A stretch of DNA of 64,000 bases from a virus. The position numbers were made by a program, and so were the translations under genes. The notes below the pieces were generated by a model. The model did not search any database. It saw only the letters and a program-made list of their open reading frames with translations, and was not told where the DNA came from. The stretch covers positions 135,684 through 199,683 of IMG/VR virus record IMGVR_UViG_3300025466_000012, one strand, 5' to 3'. Below, piece by piece: positions 18,526-27,622 of this stretch. Each line of letters begins with the position of its first letter. The first letter of the stretch is position 1.

Positions 18526-19131
18526 ATGGCAAAAGACAATTTCCTCAACAACAAAGACCAGCCCTTGTTCAAGGACGGTGCCGACTACTGGCAGGTGGCA
18601 GAAAACATTCGTGATATCTACATGAGCGAAGGCAGTCTCAGTACCTTGCTGGATTTTGAGCGAGTGTTGGACGAATTAGACCTATACGCTTTCAAAAACT
18701 GGGCCATAGGCGAACTGGTTTCAGGACCCGATATCGGCAAATATCGAGTAGGAGCCATATTCATGTGGCCCGAAAATCTCATGCCGGACCCTAGAGGCGG
18801 CACTAGACTACTGCCGTTTGACTGCGAGGTCAAGTACAAAAAGACCACCATGAAGATCCCGATCCGGATCGAGGATCCGTCCGACTACAGACCCGGTACC
18901 AAAAAAGCCCGTATCACAGAAAAAAAGATTTGGCTGGTAGAAATCACCATGCCCAAGAGCCTCATGAGCGATATTCGTACCGGTTCGATTGAGCTGGAAG
19001 ATCAGGACATTGATCTGGAAGAATTGGACAGTGCCTACGAGCAGGATCTAGACCAAGACAGTTATCAAAGCGACCAAAAGGCCGAAAATGCACAACAAAA
19101 TCTACAAGCCCAAGCTACCAGTCCTTTCTGA
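18526..19131 (+). CDS. Conserved hypothetical phage protein
   Basis: Acidic ORF; ATG 18526 follows the late motif. Confidence 0.75.
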   Translation: MAKDNFLNNKDQPLFKDGADYWQVAENIRDIYMSEGSLSTLLDFERVLDELDLYAFKNWAIGELVSGPDIGKYRVGAIFMWPENLMPDPRGGTRLLPFDCEVKYKKTTMKIPIRIEDPSDYRPGTKKARITEKKIWLVEITMPKSLMSDIRTGSIELEDQDIDLEELDSAYEQDLDQDSYQSDQKAENAQQNLQAQATSPF

Positions 19132-19654
19132 AGCCCTGGCATTCAAGGACATGGAAGGGCTCATGAAGCCCACCATACACGTGGATGAATTCAGCAGCAA
19201 GATGGGCGACGACGACGACATCATAGTGATCAGTTTCTTTGTACGAGATCAGCAGGCCAGCAAGGATCTCATGCACTGGTTTGAAAAAGGCTACGATTTC
19301 GTGATCGACGCCGACTGTAGTCCCGGTGAGCTCAAACCCAATCGCTATCTGGTCTACGTGGAAATTCGTAGACGCAGCACAGCTGGTGGACATGTGGAAC
19401 AACTGTTGCAAGATCTAGACACCTTGACCGAGTATTCAGTCAAAGACTGGATCATGCACTATCGCGATCATGAAACTCCGTTTACCAGAGAGACTTTTGA
19501 TCGACTGGTTCCGCTCAGCCCAAGAGCCTATCGAGAGCGGGTGGAAGACAAACTCAACGAAGTAAGATCAGCTGCTGGTCTACCGGTACGTGCCGTGTAC
19601 GATACACAAGACAAAAGCCTACAGACCTTGCAAAGCGCAGCCGGAATAATTTAG
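19088..19654 (+). CDS. Hypothetical phage protein
   Basis: 188-aa ORF overlapping the upstream gene; LSE and LNE motifs near both ends. Confidence 0.72.
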   Translation: MHNKIYKPKLPVLSEALAFKDMEGLMKPTIHVDEFSSKMGDDDDIIVISFFVRDQQASKDLMHWFEKGYDFVIDADCSPGELKPNRYLVYVEIRRRSTAGGHVEQLLQDLDTLTEYSVKDWIMHYRDHETPFTRETFDRLVPLSPRAYRERVEDKLNEVRSAAGLPVRAVYDTQDKSLQTLQSAAGII

Positions 19655-19686
19655 ATCTGGTCACACGCATAGGTATATAACTACCT

Positions 19687-20355
19687 ATGCGATTAAAAAG
19701 TTTTGGATGCAGTTTTATATTTGGATCAGAGCTGGCCGATGATGGTCGAGAATTGTTATTCGCCACCAGCAGTCAGTTGACCTGGCCAGCGCACCTGGCT
19801 CGGCATCTAGGACGAACCTACGAATGCCATGCCCGACCCGGGTCAGGCAATCTACAGATCTCGGAATATGTGCTGAACCATGCGGCCGATGCTGATGCCA
19901 ATGATTTGTTTGTGATTGGTTGGACCTGGATCGACCGTTTTGATTATTACCCGGCCAATCCTCCACAACACAAACGCTTGCAACCCTGGCGCACCATCAT
20001 GCCCATTGATTGCGACCCCACAGCCCAGGTCTACTGGCGTGATCTACATTCAGAATATCGAGACAAATTTGCTGCTCTCAGCACCATCAAGTTGGTGATT
20101 GACACCTTGCAACAAAAACATATTCCATTTGTCATGACCTATATGGATCGATTGCTGTTTGATCAAAGGTGGCATACGTCACCGGCGGTGCTTGACCTAC
20201 AGTCTTGTATCAAATCTCACATGCGCCTGTTTGAAGATCAAACGTTTTTAGAGTGGAGTCGTGCCCATGGATATCCTGAAGGTGCGGCCAGTCATCCGTT
20301 AGAACAGGCTCACAGAGCAGCTGCTGACATCATGATCCGGGCTTTCGATAACTGA
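19687..20355 (+). CDS. SGNH/GDSL-hydrolase-like protein
   Basis: FGCSFIFG (block I-like), RPGSGN, IGWT and C-terminal SHP. Confidence 0.6.
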   Translation: MRLKSFGCSFIFGSELADDGRELLFATSSQLTWPAHLARHLGRTYECHARPGSGNLQISEYVLNHAADADANDLFVIGWTWIDRFDYYPANPPQHKRLQPWRTIMPIDCDPTAQVYWRDLHSEYRDKFAALSTIKLVIDTLQQKHIPFVMTYMDRLLFDQRWHTSPAVLDLQSCIKSHMRLFEDQTFLEWSRAHGYPEGAASHPLEQAHRAAADIMIRAFDN

Positions 20356-21061
20356 AATACAAGCGTTCGTTGCCGTCTTTTTTGAACTCCAGCAACTGTA
20401 GATCGAACTGTTCGGCAAATTGGTTCACAATTTCAAATGACCACGGAAATATGTCCACATAAGGTCCGCTCTTGTGAGCTATGCCCGGATTGGCTCTGAG
20501 ATAAAAATAACCACCGGGGGCTAATAGATCCACACAGTGGGCGAATCTGGCTTCAATTTCGTCTCGACTGTTGAAGTTTATGCTTCCTAGTGCCATGATA
20601 TGATCGTAACGTTGGCTGACCCGATATTCCAGGATGTCCACTTCATAATCGGCACAACTGTTGTAAGGATCGATTCCGATCAGATTGGGTATGCGTCCCC
20701 GGAACGGATGGTAACCACAGCCCACATCCAGCACAGCTCGAGGATCGGCAGCAGTGATACGTTCGGCCAGGCCCCAGCCGGTATAGTCGTAGTCGCCGGT
20801 TCTGGGTTTCCACATCTCACGGAAGAATCTGTCGGTATAGCGTTGGCTGAGATCATCAACTATTTGTTCCAAGGTTCCACGATATTCGCACGGCAGTCCC
20901 AGCTCGTGTTCAATCGCATCCTTGAATTTTCTATAACGAGCCGGAGTCCAAGGCAACGCATCCACTACAGTACCGGCATTGATCACGATGTTTTTGTATT
21001 TGGGTAAAGAGAAAGTTGATTGCAAATTTTTTGTAATTAGATTAAAAATTTTAGTATTCAT
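20330..21061 (-). CDS. Class I SAM-dependent methyltransferase with N-terminal helical (ACP-like) domain
   Basis: VLDVGCG, GIDP, YDHIMALGSINF, LLAPGG; ATG 21061 has a GGA SD, alternative start 21130. Confidence 0.8.
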   Translation of the reverse strand: MNTKIFNLITKNLQSTFSLPKYKNIVINAGTVVDALPWTPARYRKFKDAIEHELGLPCEYRGTLEQIVDDLSQRYTDRFFREMWKPRTGDYDYTGWGLAERITAADPRAVLDVGCGYHPFRGRIPNLIGIDPYNSCADYEVDILEYRVSQRYDHIMALGSINFNSRDEIEARFAHCVDLLAPGGYFYLRANPGIAHKSGPYVDIFPWSFEIVNQFAEQFDLQLLEFKKDGNERLYFSYRKPGS

Positions 21062-21081
21062 ATTGATTTTTCCATTATCGA

Positions 21082-21087
21082 TAAATA
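21082..21087 (+). promoter_or_regulatory. T4-late-like promoter motif for the diiron-enzyme operon
   Basis: TAAATA upstream of 21153. Confidence 0.45.
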
Positions 21088-21136
21088 AATGTACAGAGAG
21101 ATAAAAATTTTTACCTGGTCTGTAATTCATGATAAC

Positions 21137-21142
21137 TATTTA
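21137..21142 (-). promoter_or_regulatory. T4-late-like promoter motif for the methyltransferase
   Basis: TATTTA on + strand. Confidence 0.45.
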
Positions 21143-21152
21143 AGGAGATTTT

Positions 21153-21848
21153 ATGAACGCAAAACAATTTGTAACCAAGATCGTGGCCGACAACCAGGCT
21201 CTGTTTCAAGCCAGCCAGCACAATGTAAAGGCCTACTTTGATTCAAAACCAGCTCAAGAAGAACTGGTCGCACACTTCGTTGGTCGTATGGTCAATGAAA
21301 GAATGAACATGGTCGAAATCAGCCAGGCCATTGCCAACATGCCCGCCGATACAGATCCAGTAGAACTGCAACTGTTGACCAAACAAGCCCAGGACGAAGC
21401 CAATCACTTTCGTATGGTCAAGGAAGTCATTGAGCATATCCAGGGCAGTCCGGTTGATGTCGAAGCTGCCATTGCCGCTGAAACAGCCAAACCCACTGCC
21501 AAAGGTGCCGGTTTGCTGGCCAAGTACGATGCCGAATCAGACCCATTGGCCTTGGCTGCATATCAATTGGTTGCTGAGGGTCGTGCCGAAGCAGTATGGA
21601 ACACCATGGCCGAATGTTCACCTGATGCTTTTATCAGAAAAACCTATGCCAAGATTGCCAGAGACGAAGGTTTCCACAGCAAGATCGGTGCTAGAAAATT
21701 GCAACAGTTGTTGAAGACCGAAGCTGATTTTGCTCGTACCCAGACCTTGGTAGAAAATCTACGTCGAGACCTGTATGAAATTTCATGCCGCAACACCGTG
21801 GCTGCTGACGCCGGCAAAGCACTGGTAGCGGACGCCTACGGTTGGTAA
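21153..21848 (+). CDS. Ferritin-like diiron-carboxylate enzyme
   Basis: E49, DEANH (E82/H85), E142, DEGFH (E172/H175); SD AAGGAG. Confidence 0.85.
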   Translation: MNAKQFVTKIVADNQALFQASQHNVKAYFDSKPAQEELVAHFVGRMVNERMNMVEISQAIANMPADTDPVELQLLTKQAQDEANHFRMVKEVIEHIQGSPVDVEAAIAAETAKPTAKGAGLLAKYDAESDPLALAAYQLVAEGRAEAVWNTMAECSPDAFIRKTYAKIARDEGFHSKIGARKLQQLLKTEADFARTQTLVENLRRDLYEISCRNTVAADAGKALVADAYGW

Positions 21849-21849
21849 T

Positions 21850-22869
21850 TTGAAAAAATCCACAAACCTAATATATTATTTTGGTGGGTGTTACGGGACC
21901 TTTGTTGAATGGTCCTGTAACTTTTTTTCAAAGGGTGCTGACTTAACTGATTTGCCTTTTACCGAAACCGGAAGCAGTCATGACTTTCATGGTGGGTTGT
22001 TAACGCCGAATATCTTACCTAATTATGTAGAATCTACCAGAACAGATCGGTATGCAAGATGTCATCCTGGAACGTTTAAAGGGTTGTTTGAAAAAACCAA
22101 CTCAAACCAGGTGATACATAATAATTTATACCGTGACACAATGAAATTAGAATTATCATATCTGTCAGATAATTTTAAAAAAATATTAATTTTATACCCT
22201 ACTCAAGATACTCGGTTATGGTACGAGAACAATCAGTTGCAAAAAGTTCTAATATCTGAATCAGACTATCAACTATACTTTGAACCAGCTGGGCTTTCTC
22301 GAGATTATATGAGAGCTGCAATGACCAAAGATCCCTTATCAAGATTTAAAATTATGCTTGAACAAGAATTAGATTCCAAAAATATTTCTCAATGGGGCAA
22401 ACAGAATATATCGGATTTTGACGAATGGGAATTGAGAGAATTGTTGTCAATGTATTGGTTTAATCGCGATAAAGACCTATACACATGTTGTCCAGAACTA
22501 AAAACTAGTTTTCCTGAAATTAAATTTATTTCTATAGATAATTTCAAGAATAATTTTCAAAAGACTGTAATAGATTATTTGAACTATTTTGAAGTCGACA
22601 TTGATCAAGATAAATTATATCAATTGGATTTTGTAAAACAAGAATGGAATGCCGTACAGCATCATATCAATACGGATAGTTTGGTTAAAAAGATTATCAA
22701 CAGCATAATATCACAACAAGAGTTTGAATGGGAACCGCTGACTATACTGGACGAAGCATACCTACAAAAATGTTTAGCAGATGCGGGGATTCAGATAAAA
22801 TGCTACGAATTGAATAAGTTTCCAACAAACACCAAAGATTTTTTGCCATTGCTGGAATATACAGCATGA
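21850..22869 (+). CDS. AT-rich hypothetical protein, paralogue of 57038..57904
   Basis: 339-aa ORF with TTG start; shares WELRE and LN.FPT...L...LE motifs with 57038. Confidence 0.7.
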   Translation: MKKSTNLIYYFGGCYGTFVEWSCNFFSKGADLTDLPFTETGSSHDFHGGLLTPNILPNYVESTRTDRYARCHPGTFKGLFEKTNSNQVIHNNLYRDTMKLELSYLSDNFKKILILYPTQDTRLWYENNQLQKVLISESDYQLYFEPAGLSRDYMRAAMTKDPLSRFKIMLEQELDSKNISQWGKQNISDFDEWELRELLSMYWFNRDKDLYTCCPELKTSFPEIKFISIDNFKNNFQKTVIDYLNYFEVDIDQDKLYQLDFVKQEWNAVQHHINTDSLVKKIINSIISQQEFEWEPLTILDEAYLQKCLADAGIQIKCYELNKFPTNTKDFLPLLEYTA

Positions 22870-23426
22870 AGATAGGACTTACTCAACGAGTCCTGATGTT
22901 CAAGGAACGGGCGTATGACAGCCTGGGTCAAGAATGGTATTCTTACTTGAAAAGTCATACGCTTGTTGCTGTCCCTAATAGGTTGGATCAAGATTTTGAC
23001 AAACTGGCAGACGAGCTAGATCTGCTGGTTATCACTGGTGGTGATGATCGCTTGATCAGACGCACCACAGAACTACGGTTGTCCACCGCACTAATGAAAC
23101 AGCAGAAGCCCATCCTGGGCGTGTGTCACGGCGCATTTCTGTTGACCGATGTGCTAGGCGGCACGATAGGTCGCAAAGACGGACACCGTGGCGGGGTCAA
23201 TCACCAGATCCGGTATCGTGATAAAATGCAACAGGTCAACAGCTATCACGGGCTCGCAATCAAAACAGCTCCAGCATCAGCTGATGTATTGGCTGTGGAC
23301 GCCGACGGTGACTGCGAAGCCTGGATCAGTGGCACTGTAGCAGCAGTGGTATGGCATCCCGAACGCATGACAGATCCCTGGTTGCCGGATGAAATACAAA
23401 GTTTATTATTCAAGGAAGATCTATGA
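22866..23426 (+). CDS. Class I glutamine amidotransferase (peptidase C26/PuuD-like)
   Basis: ITGG, ILGVCHG nucleophile, NSYH, WHPE. Confidence 0.85.
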   Translation: MKIGLTQRVLMFKERAYDSLGQEWYSYLKSHTLVAVPNRLDQDFDKLADELDLLVITGGDDRLIRRTTELRLSTALMKQQKPILGVCHGAFLLTDVLGGTIGRKDGHRGGVNHQIRYRDKMQQVNSYHGLAIKTAPASADVLAVDADGDCEAWISGTVAAVVWHPERMTDPWLPDEIQSLLFKEDL

Positions 23427-23656
23427 AATTTCATGAAACAAAAATGCGTAGCCTGGTCAAAGGCATCTGTTGGAAAATCATTGGCGGTATTATCACCGCC
23501 TTTATCGTGTACTATTTGGCCACTCTAGGTTACAGCGCGACCAAGACTGCCACCGTGGTATTGGTATGTCAATTCACCATCAACACTGTTGCTTTTTTTG
23601 TGCATGACCGTATCTGGAATAGAATCCAATGGGGTCGGGAGATAAGCCAAGCATGA
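23423..23656 (+). CDS. DUF2061-like small membrane protein
   Basis: ETKMRSLVKGICWKIIG and FFVHDRIWNRIQWG. Confidence 0.7.
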   Translation: MKFHETKMRSLVKGICWKIIGGIITAFIVYYLATLGYSATKTATVVLVCQFTINTVAFFVHDRIWNRIQWGREISQA

Positions 23657-24624
23657 AAAAATTATTGTTGATATTGTTTTTTCCTGTGTTGGCCTTGGCC
23701 TGGGAACCCATAAAACCAGTCACTGTGATCGTGGGCAACACGCCTGGAGCCGGTAACGAAATCGCATTCCGCAAACTGGCCGACATAGTACAACGACACA
23801 ATCCCAAGTTTGTGTATGTGCTACAGAACATGCCTGGCGCCGATTCGGTCATTGCTCAAAATCGATTCTTTGAAGCATCCGCAGATGGTTACACCATCAA
23901 CCTACCCAGCCATATGAGCACCTATGTGACCAATGACATCTGGGAAGCAAAAATAAAGAAATGGGACTATGACGATTTTCTGGATGTCATGACCATGGGC
24001 AAGAGTCCTTTGGTGCTGGTGGCCTGGCCAGACAGTGCAGTACGAACTCCGCAAGATTTTGTACATCTAATTGCCACCACTCGACAACCCATCAATGTGG
24101 CCGTAGGCGGAGGAGCACACAGAACTGCATTTGAATATCTCATGGAACAGGGACATGGCAATCGAGATCTGGTCAAACCAATCAAGTTTAATGGTCCCTT
24201 GCCGGCTGTTTCCAGTGTGGCACAATATGATGGCAAAACCGGTACCGAATTTGGCATCATGCCTATCGCTGTAGCTCGTTCCTTGGTGGATGCTGGACGT
24301 GTGCGGGCCATTGGATTCACTGGCACACGCAAGATGGCGCAATATCCTGCTGTGCCATTGTTGAACACAGTAGCACCTGGCATCAATGTGTATGCGGCTT
24401 GGAGTCTACAATTACCGTTCGCTGCAGGACCCAACATTGAAGAATGGTACGAGCGAGAATTTGGAGCAGCAGCTCGCAGCGCAGAATACCAAGCCTGGTG
24501 CGAACAAAATGTGGTATTTGTGGAAGAAAATGAACTGCATCCGGCCGGACTGCGACGACACATCAAAGAACTGCGTGCCACATTCTTACCGATCTTGCGC
24601 AAAATTGATTTGGGACGCGAATGA
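23653..24624 (+). CDS. Tripartite tricarboxylate transporter substrate-binding protein (TctC/Bug)
   Basis: Signal peptide MKKLLLILFFPVLALA, TVIVGNTPGAG, NMPGA, ADGYT, VAVGGG. Confidence 0.85.
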   Translation: MKKLLLILFFPVLALAWEPIKPVTVIVGNTPGAGNEIAFRKLADIVQRHNPKFVYVLQNMPGADSVIAQNRFFEASADGYTINLPSHMSTYVTNDIWEAKIKKWDYDDFLDVMTMGKSPLVLVAWPDSAVRTPQDFVHLIATTRQPINVAVGGGAHRTAFEYLMEQGHGNRDLVKPIKFNGPLPAVSSVAQYDGKTGTEFGIMPIAVARSLVDAGRVRAIGFTGTRKMAQYPAVPLLNTVAPGINVYAAWSLQLPFAAGPNIEEWYEREFGAAARSAEYQAWCEQNVVFVEENELHPAGLRRHIKELRATFLPILRKIDLGRE

Positions 24625-25235
24625 AATACATATTCATGGCCGGAGCACCCGGCAGCAAATGGTCCAGCGTGAGCAAAAACATCTACTACAGTCCTGACAT
24701 AGATCGCAGCGACTATACCGATGCTCGCACGTATCACCACGACGCATCAGGTACCATGGAATTGATGCATCTGGGTGCTTATTTTGATCCCGGTATGGAA
24801 TTTGGCGCATGGTTTGATCGCTTGAGCCAACATACTCGAGACCAGTGCGAAGCAGAATTCGATCGACCGTTTTCGGGCACAGGTACACGCATCATCAAGA
24901 GTCATGTGTTTTGCTATCATTTGGATTTTATCAAGCAGACCTGGCCTGATTGTCCGATCATTCTGGTGCATCGCGGTGATGATGCCAGTCTGGGTTGGTG
25001 GGTGCGATGCGGGCACTTTGACATCACATATCCTGATTATCACGATTATTATCGAGACCTGCGCCACATGGCCAGAGAAATACAAAGACAAAATAGTGCC
25101 ATGCGACCACGCTGGGAACATGCCAGCAGTGTTGCGGACAATGTGACCTTGTGTGAGCAGATAGGTATCGCAACACCGCCCACAGAGTACAGACAAAATT
25201 ACGCAGACAATAAAATAAGGGTAAAAGTACTATGA
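24621..25235 (+). CDS. P-loop/sulfotransferase-like protein
   Basis: YIFMAGAPGSKWSSV, IIKSH, IILVHR pattern seen in sulfotransferase folds; function tentative. Confidence 0.55.
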   Translation: MKYIFMAGAPGSKWSSVSKNIYYSPDIDRSDYTDARTYHHDASGTMELMHLGAYFDPGMEFGAWFDRLSQHTRDQCEAEFDRPFSGTGTRIIKSHVFCYHLDFIKQTWPDCPIILVHRGDDASLGWWVRCGHFDITYPDYHDYYRDLRHMAREIQRQNSAMRPRWEHASSVADNVTLCEQIGIATPPTEYRQNYADNKIRVKVL

Positions 25236-25909
25236 CAACACCACAAAGCAGTTATGACAAATTACGAGAAAAAAGTTCGTATCACTTTGATACCACCAAG
25301 ATAGATCCCCGGTACGACACCGTGATTGAATTGGGGCACATCGACTGTGATTTTGCCCAAGATGTTGCAGAGATTGTTGCTGGTAGCAAACCTGCAAACT
25401 GGGAAACTCGCGGATTCAAGGGTGAACACACTGACGTGCCCAAGCCCGAACTGGCCGACGAAGAATACGATCTTGAACGAGTAGGCATAGATCCCAAAAC
25501 AATCATTACAAATTTAAACTGGAAGCTGAGTCCACGATTGCAAAAGATCAGCGACCTGTTTGGCATGCAAGATACCATGAACCGTATTCATGTGCAAATG
25601 CCCGGACAACTATGGAATCTGCATATTGACAAGTTGTACAAATGGTTTCCAGAGCAGCCGGATCAGGTGCTGAGATTGTTCGTACAACTCACAGACTGGC
25701 AACCTGGGCAGTTCTGGCAGTATGGTAACTACAACTGGAGCCAATGGCGGGCTGGTAACGTGACCACGTTTGACTGGCAAAATGTTCCGCACTCGACCGC
25801 CAATGCCGGATTCCATCCCAGGGTCACTTTGCAAATTACCGGCATCAAGACACCGGCCACGGAAGCATTTTTGAACTTGTTAAAAACTGCCAGCCCGTTG
25901 ACTGTATGA
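25232..25909 (+). CDS. 2OG-Fe(II) oxygenase, Asp/Asn beta-hydroxylase-like
   Basis: LHID (HxD), distal PHSTAN.G..PR..LQITG jelly-roll pattern. Confidence 0.7.
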   Translation: MTTPQSSYDKLREKSSYHFDTTKIDPRYDTVIELGHIDCDFAQDVAEIVAGSKPANWETRGFKGEHTDVPKPELADEEYDLERVGIDPKTIITNLNWKLSPRLQKISDLFGMQDTMNRIHVQMPGQLWNLHIDKLYKWFPEQPDQVLRLFVQLTDWQPGQFWQYGNYNWSQWRAGNVTTFDWQNVPHSTANAGFHPRVTLQITGIKTPATEAFLNLLKTASPLTV

Positions 25910-26559
25910 AAAAACTACTGATTGTGACTGGGCCGCAAGGATCTGGCAACCATTTTTTCAGTCGTGTGCTCAGCAGGCACCCAGATGTGCAAGGCTGGTC
26001 AGAACTGCTGGACAACTATTGGATACCCAGTGATCAAGAACCCTTCGCTGAATATTGGATCGATCCGTCAAAATTACAGGAAAATCATTTTGACGGAGCC
26101 GACTATCATCTGGCCAATGTAAGCTGTCCATTCTTCTTTGACGGGGTACGACATGTGCCCGATATTTTGGGTGTGGCCCAGCAGGCCAGCAGTTTTGGGG
26201 TGCAGGTTGAAATAGCAATTATTGTACGAGACCAAAATATCAATCAGTTGCAACAGTTGCGAGTACGCAAAGAACATACCACACCCATTGCGCAAAAATA
26301 CTATTATGAGACCCTGTTGCCATCGTTGTTTCCGGTACACTTCCTGGATCACGAAGCGTTCTTTTTGCACACCACACACTATCTCAAATGGGTCAGTCAT
26401 GTATTAAAATTTCCTATCGCCTGGTCCGATCCTGACATCATGCAGTTTATCAGTGAAGATGCCAACCACAAATATGTGCGATCCATTGATTCACACTGGT
26501 TGGATGAAGTGATACTGGCCGGTTGTCAGCCCAACCGAGGGCAAAGACTACGTGACTAA
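25906..26559 (+). CDS. P-loop/sulfotransferase-like protein
   Basis: LLIVTGPQGSGNH and IIVRD motifs. Confidence 0.55.
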   Translation: MKKLLIVTGPQGSGNHFFSRVLSRHPDVQGWSELLDNYWIPSDQEPFAEYWIDPSKLQENHFDGADYHLANVSCPFFFDGVRHVPDILGVAQQASSFGVQVEIAIIVRDQNINQLQQLRVRKEHTTPIAQKYYYETLLPSLFPVHFLDHEAFFLHTTHYLKWVSHVLKFPIAWSDPDIMQFISEDANHKYVRSIDSHWLDEVILAGCQPNRGQRLRD

Positions 26560-26980
26560 ACGCATATTGATCATGGGTCTGCCCGGGGCCGGCAAAACTA
26601 CCTTGGCCGAAAGTCTTCAAGAATGTTTATGGTATGAAGGACGCACCGTGAGTTGGTTCAATGCTGATCTAGTGCGTCAACAGCACAACGATTGGGATTT
26701 TAGTACAGCAGGACGGATCAGACAAAGCCAACGCATGCAACAGTGTGCTGCAAACGCTACCACGGACTACGTGATCTGTGATTTTGTGGCTGCGTTGCCC
26801 GAGCAACGAGACCTGTTTGATGCCGACTGGGTTGTGTGGGTAGATACTGTATCCCAAGGACGCTATGCAGATACCAACCGGGACTTTGTGGATCCTGATC
26901 ATTATGATTTTAGGGTGACCGAACAAGACAGCCAACGCTGGGCAGAAATAATAGCGTATAAAATTGTAACAGCAACCTGA
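26552..26980 (+). CDS. cysC: Adenylyl-sulfate (APS) kinase-like protein
   Basis: GLPGAGKTTLA, WFNADLVR, DWDFS..GR.RQ, ICDFVA; shorter than typical CysC. Confidence 0.78.
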   Translation: MTKRILIMGLPGAGKTTLAESLQECLWYEGRTVSWFNADLVRQQHNDWDFSTAGRIRQSQRMQQCAANATTDYVICDFVAALPEQRDLFDADWVVWVDTVSQGRYADTNRDFVDPDHYDFRVTEQDSQRWAEIIAYKIVTAT

Positions 26981-26981
26981 C

Positions 26982-26987
26982 TAAATA
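26982..26987 (+). promoter_or_regulatory. T4-late-like promoter motif for the lysis cassette
   Basis: TAAATA upstream of the endolysin gene. Confidence 0.55.
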
Positions 26988-27010
26988 TCAGCATCAAAGG
27001 AACCAAACAA

Positions 27011-27622
27011 ATGCAAATCAGATCAGAACAGCTGGCCCTAATGTTGCCAGGAAATCAATATGTAGACTCTTGGTGCGATGCCTTGAACAAGATCCTGCCC
27101 GATTACGATATCACCACAGCTCAGCGCATGGCTGCTTTCATAGCACAAACAGCACACGAAAGCGCCGGCTACAGTGCCTTGCACGAGAATCTGAACTATC
27201 AGGCTGCAAGCCTGTGCAGAGTCTGGCCACACCTGTTCAATGAAAGCAATGCCAATGATTATGCACATCAACCCGAGCGCATAGCCAACAGAGCCTATGC
27301 CAACCGAATGGGCAACGGTCCAGAAGAATCAGGCGATGGTTGGCGCTACTGCGGACGTGGTCTTGTGCAATTGACTGGTCATGACAACTATCAAGCGTTT
27401 GCCGACAGCATACAGACTGATATTGCCACCATTGCTGATTACCTGCAGACCTTCGAAGGTGCTGTACAAAGCGCCTGCTGGTTCTGGGAAAACAACAATC
27501 TCAACGCAGTGGCCGACACCGGTGACATGGCTCACATGACTCGAATCATCAACGGTGGGGAGCTGGGGCTGGCTGAACGCACTGCCAGATACAATCATGC
27601 CTTGCAAGTACTGACTTCATAA
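27011..27622 (+). CDS. Glycoside hydrolase family 19 endolysin
   Basis: AAFIAQTAHES, ENLNY, GRGLVQLTG.DNY, ACWFW, IINGG. Confidence 0.9.
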   Translation: MQIRSEQLALMLPGNQYVDSWCDALNKILPDYDITTAQRMAAFIAQTAHESAGYSALHENLNYQAASLCRVWPHLFNESNANDYAHQPERIANRAYANRMGNGPEESGDGWRYCGRGLVQLTGHDNYQAFADSIQTDIATIADYLQTFEGAVQSACWFWENNNLNAVADTGDMAHMTRIINGGELGLAERTARYNHALQVLTS

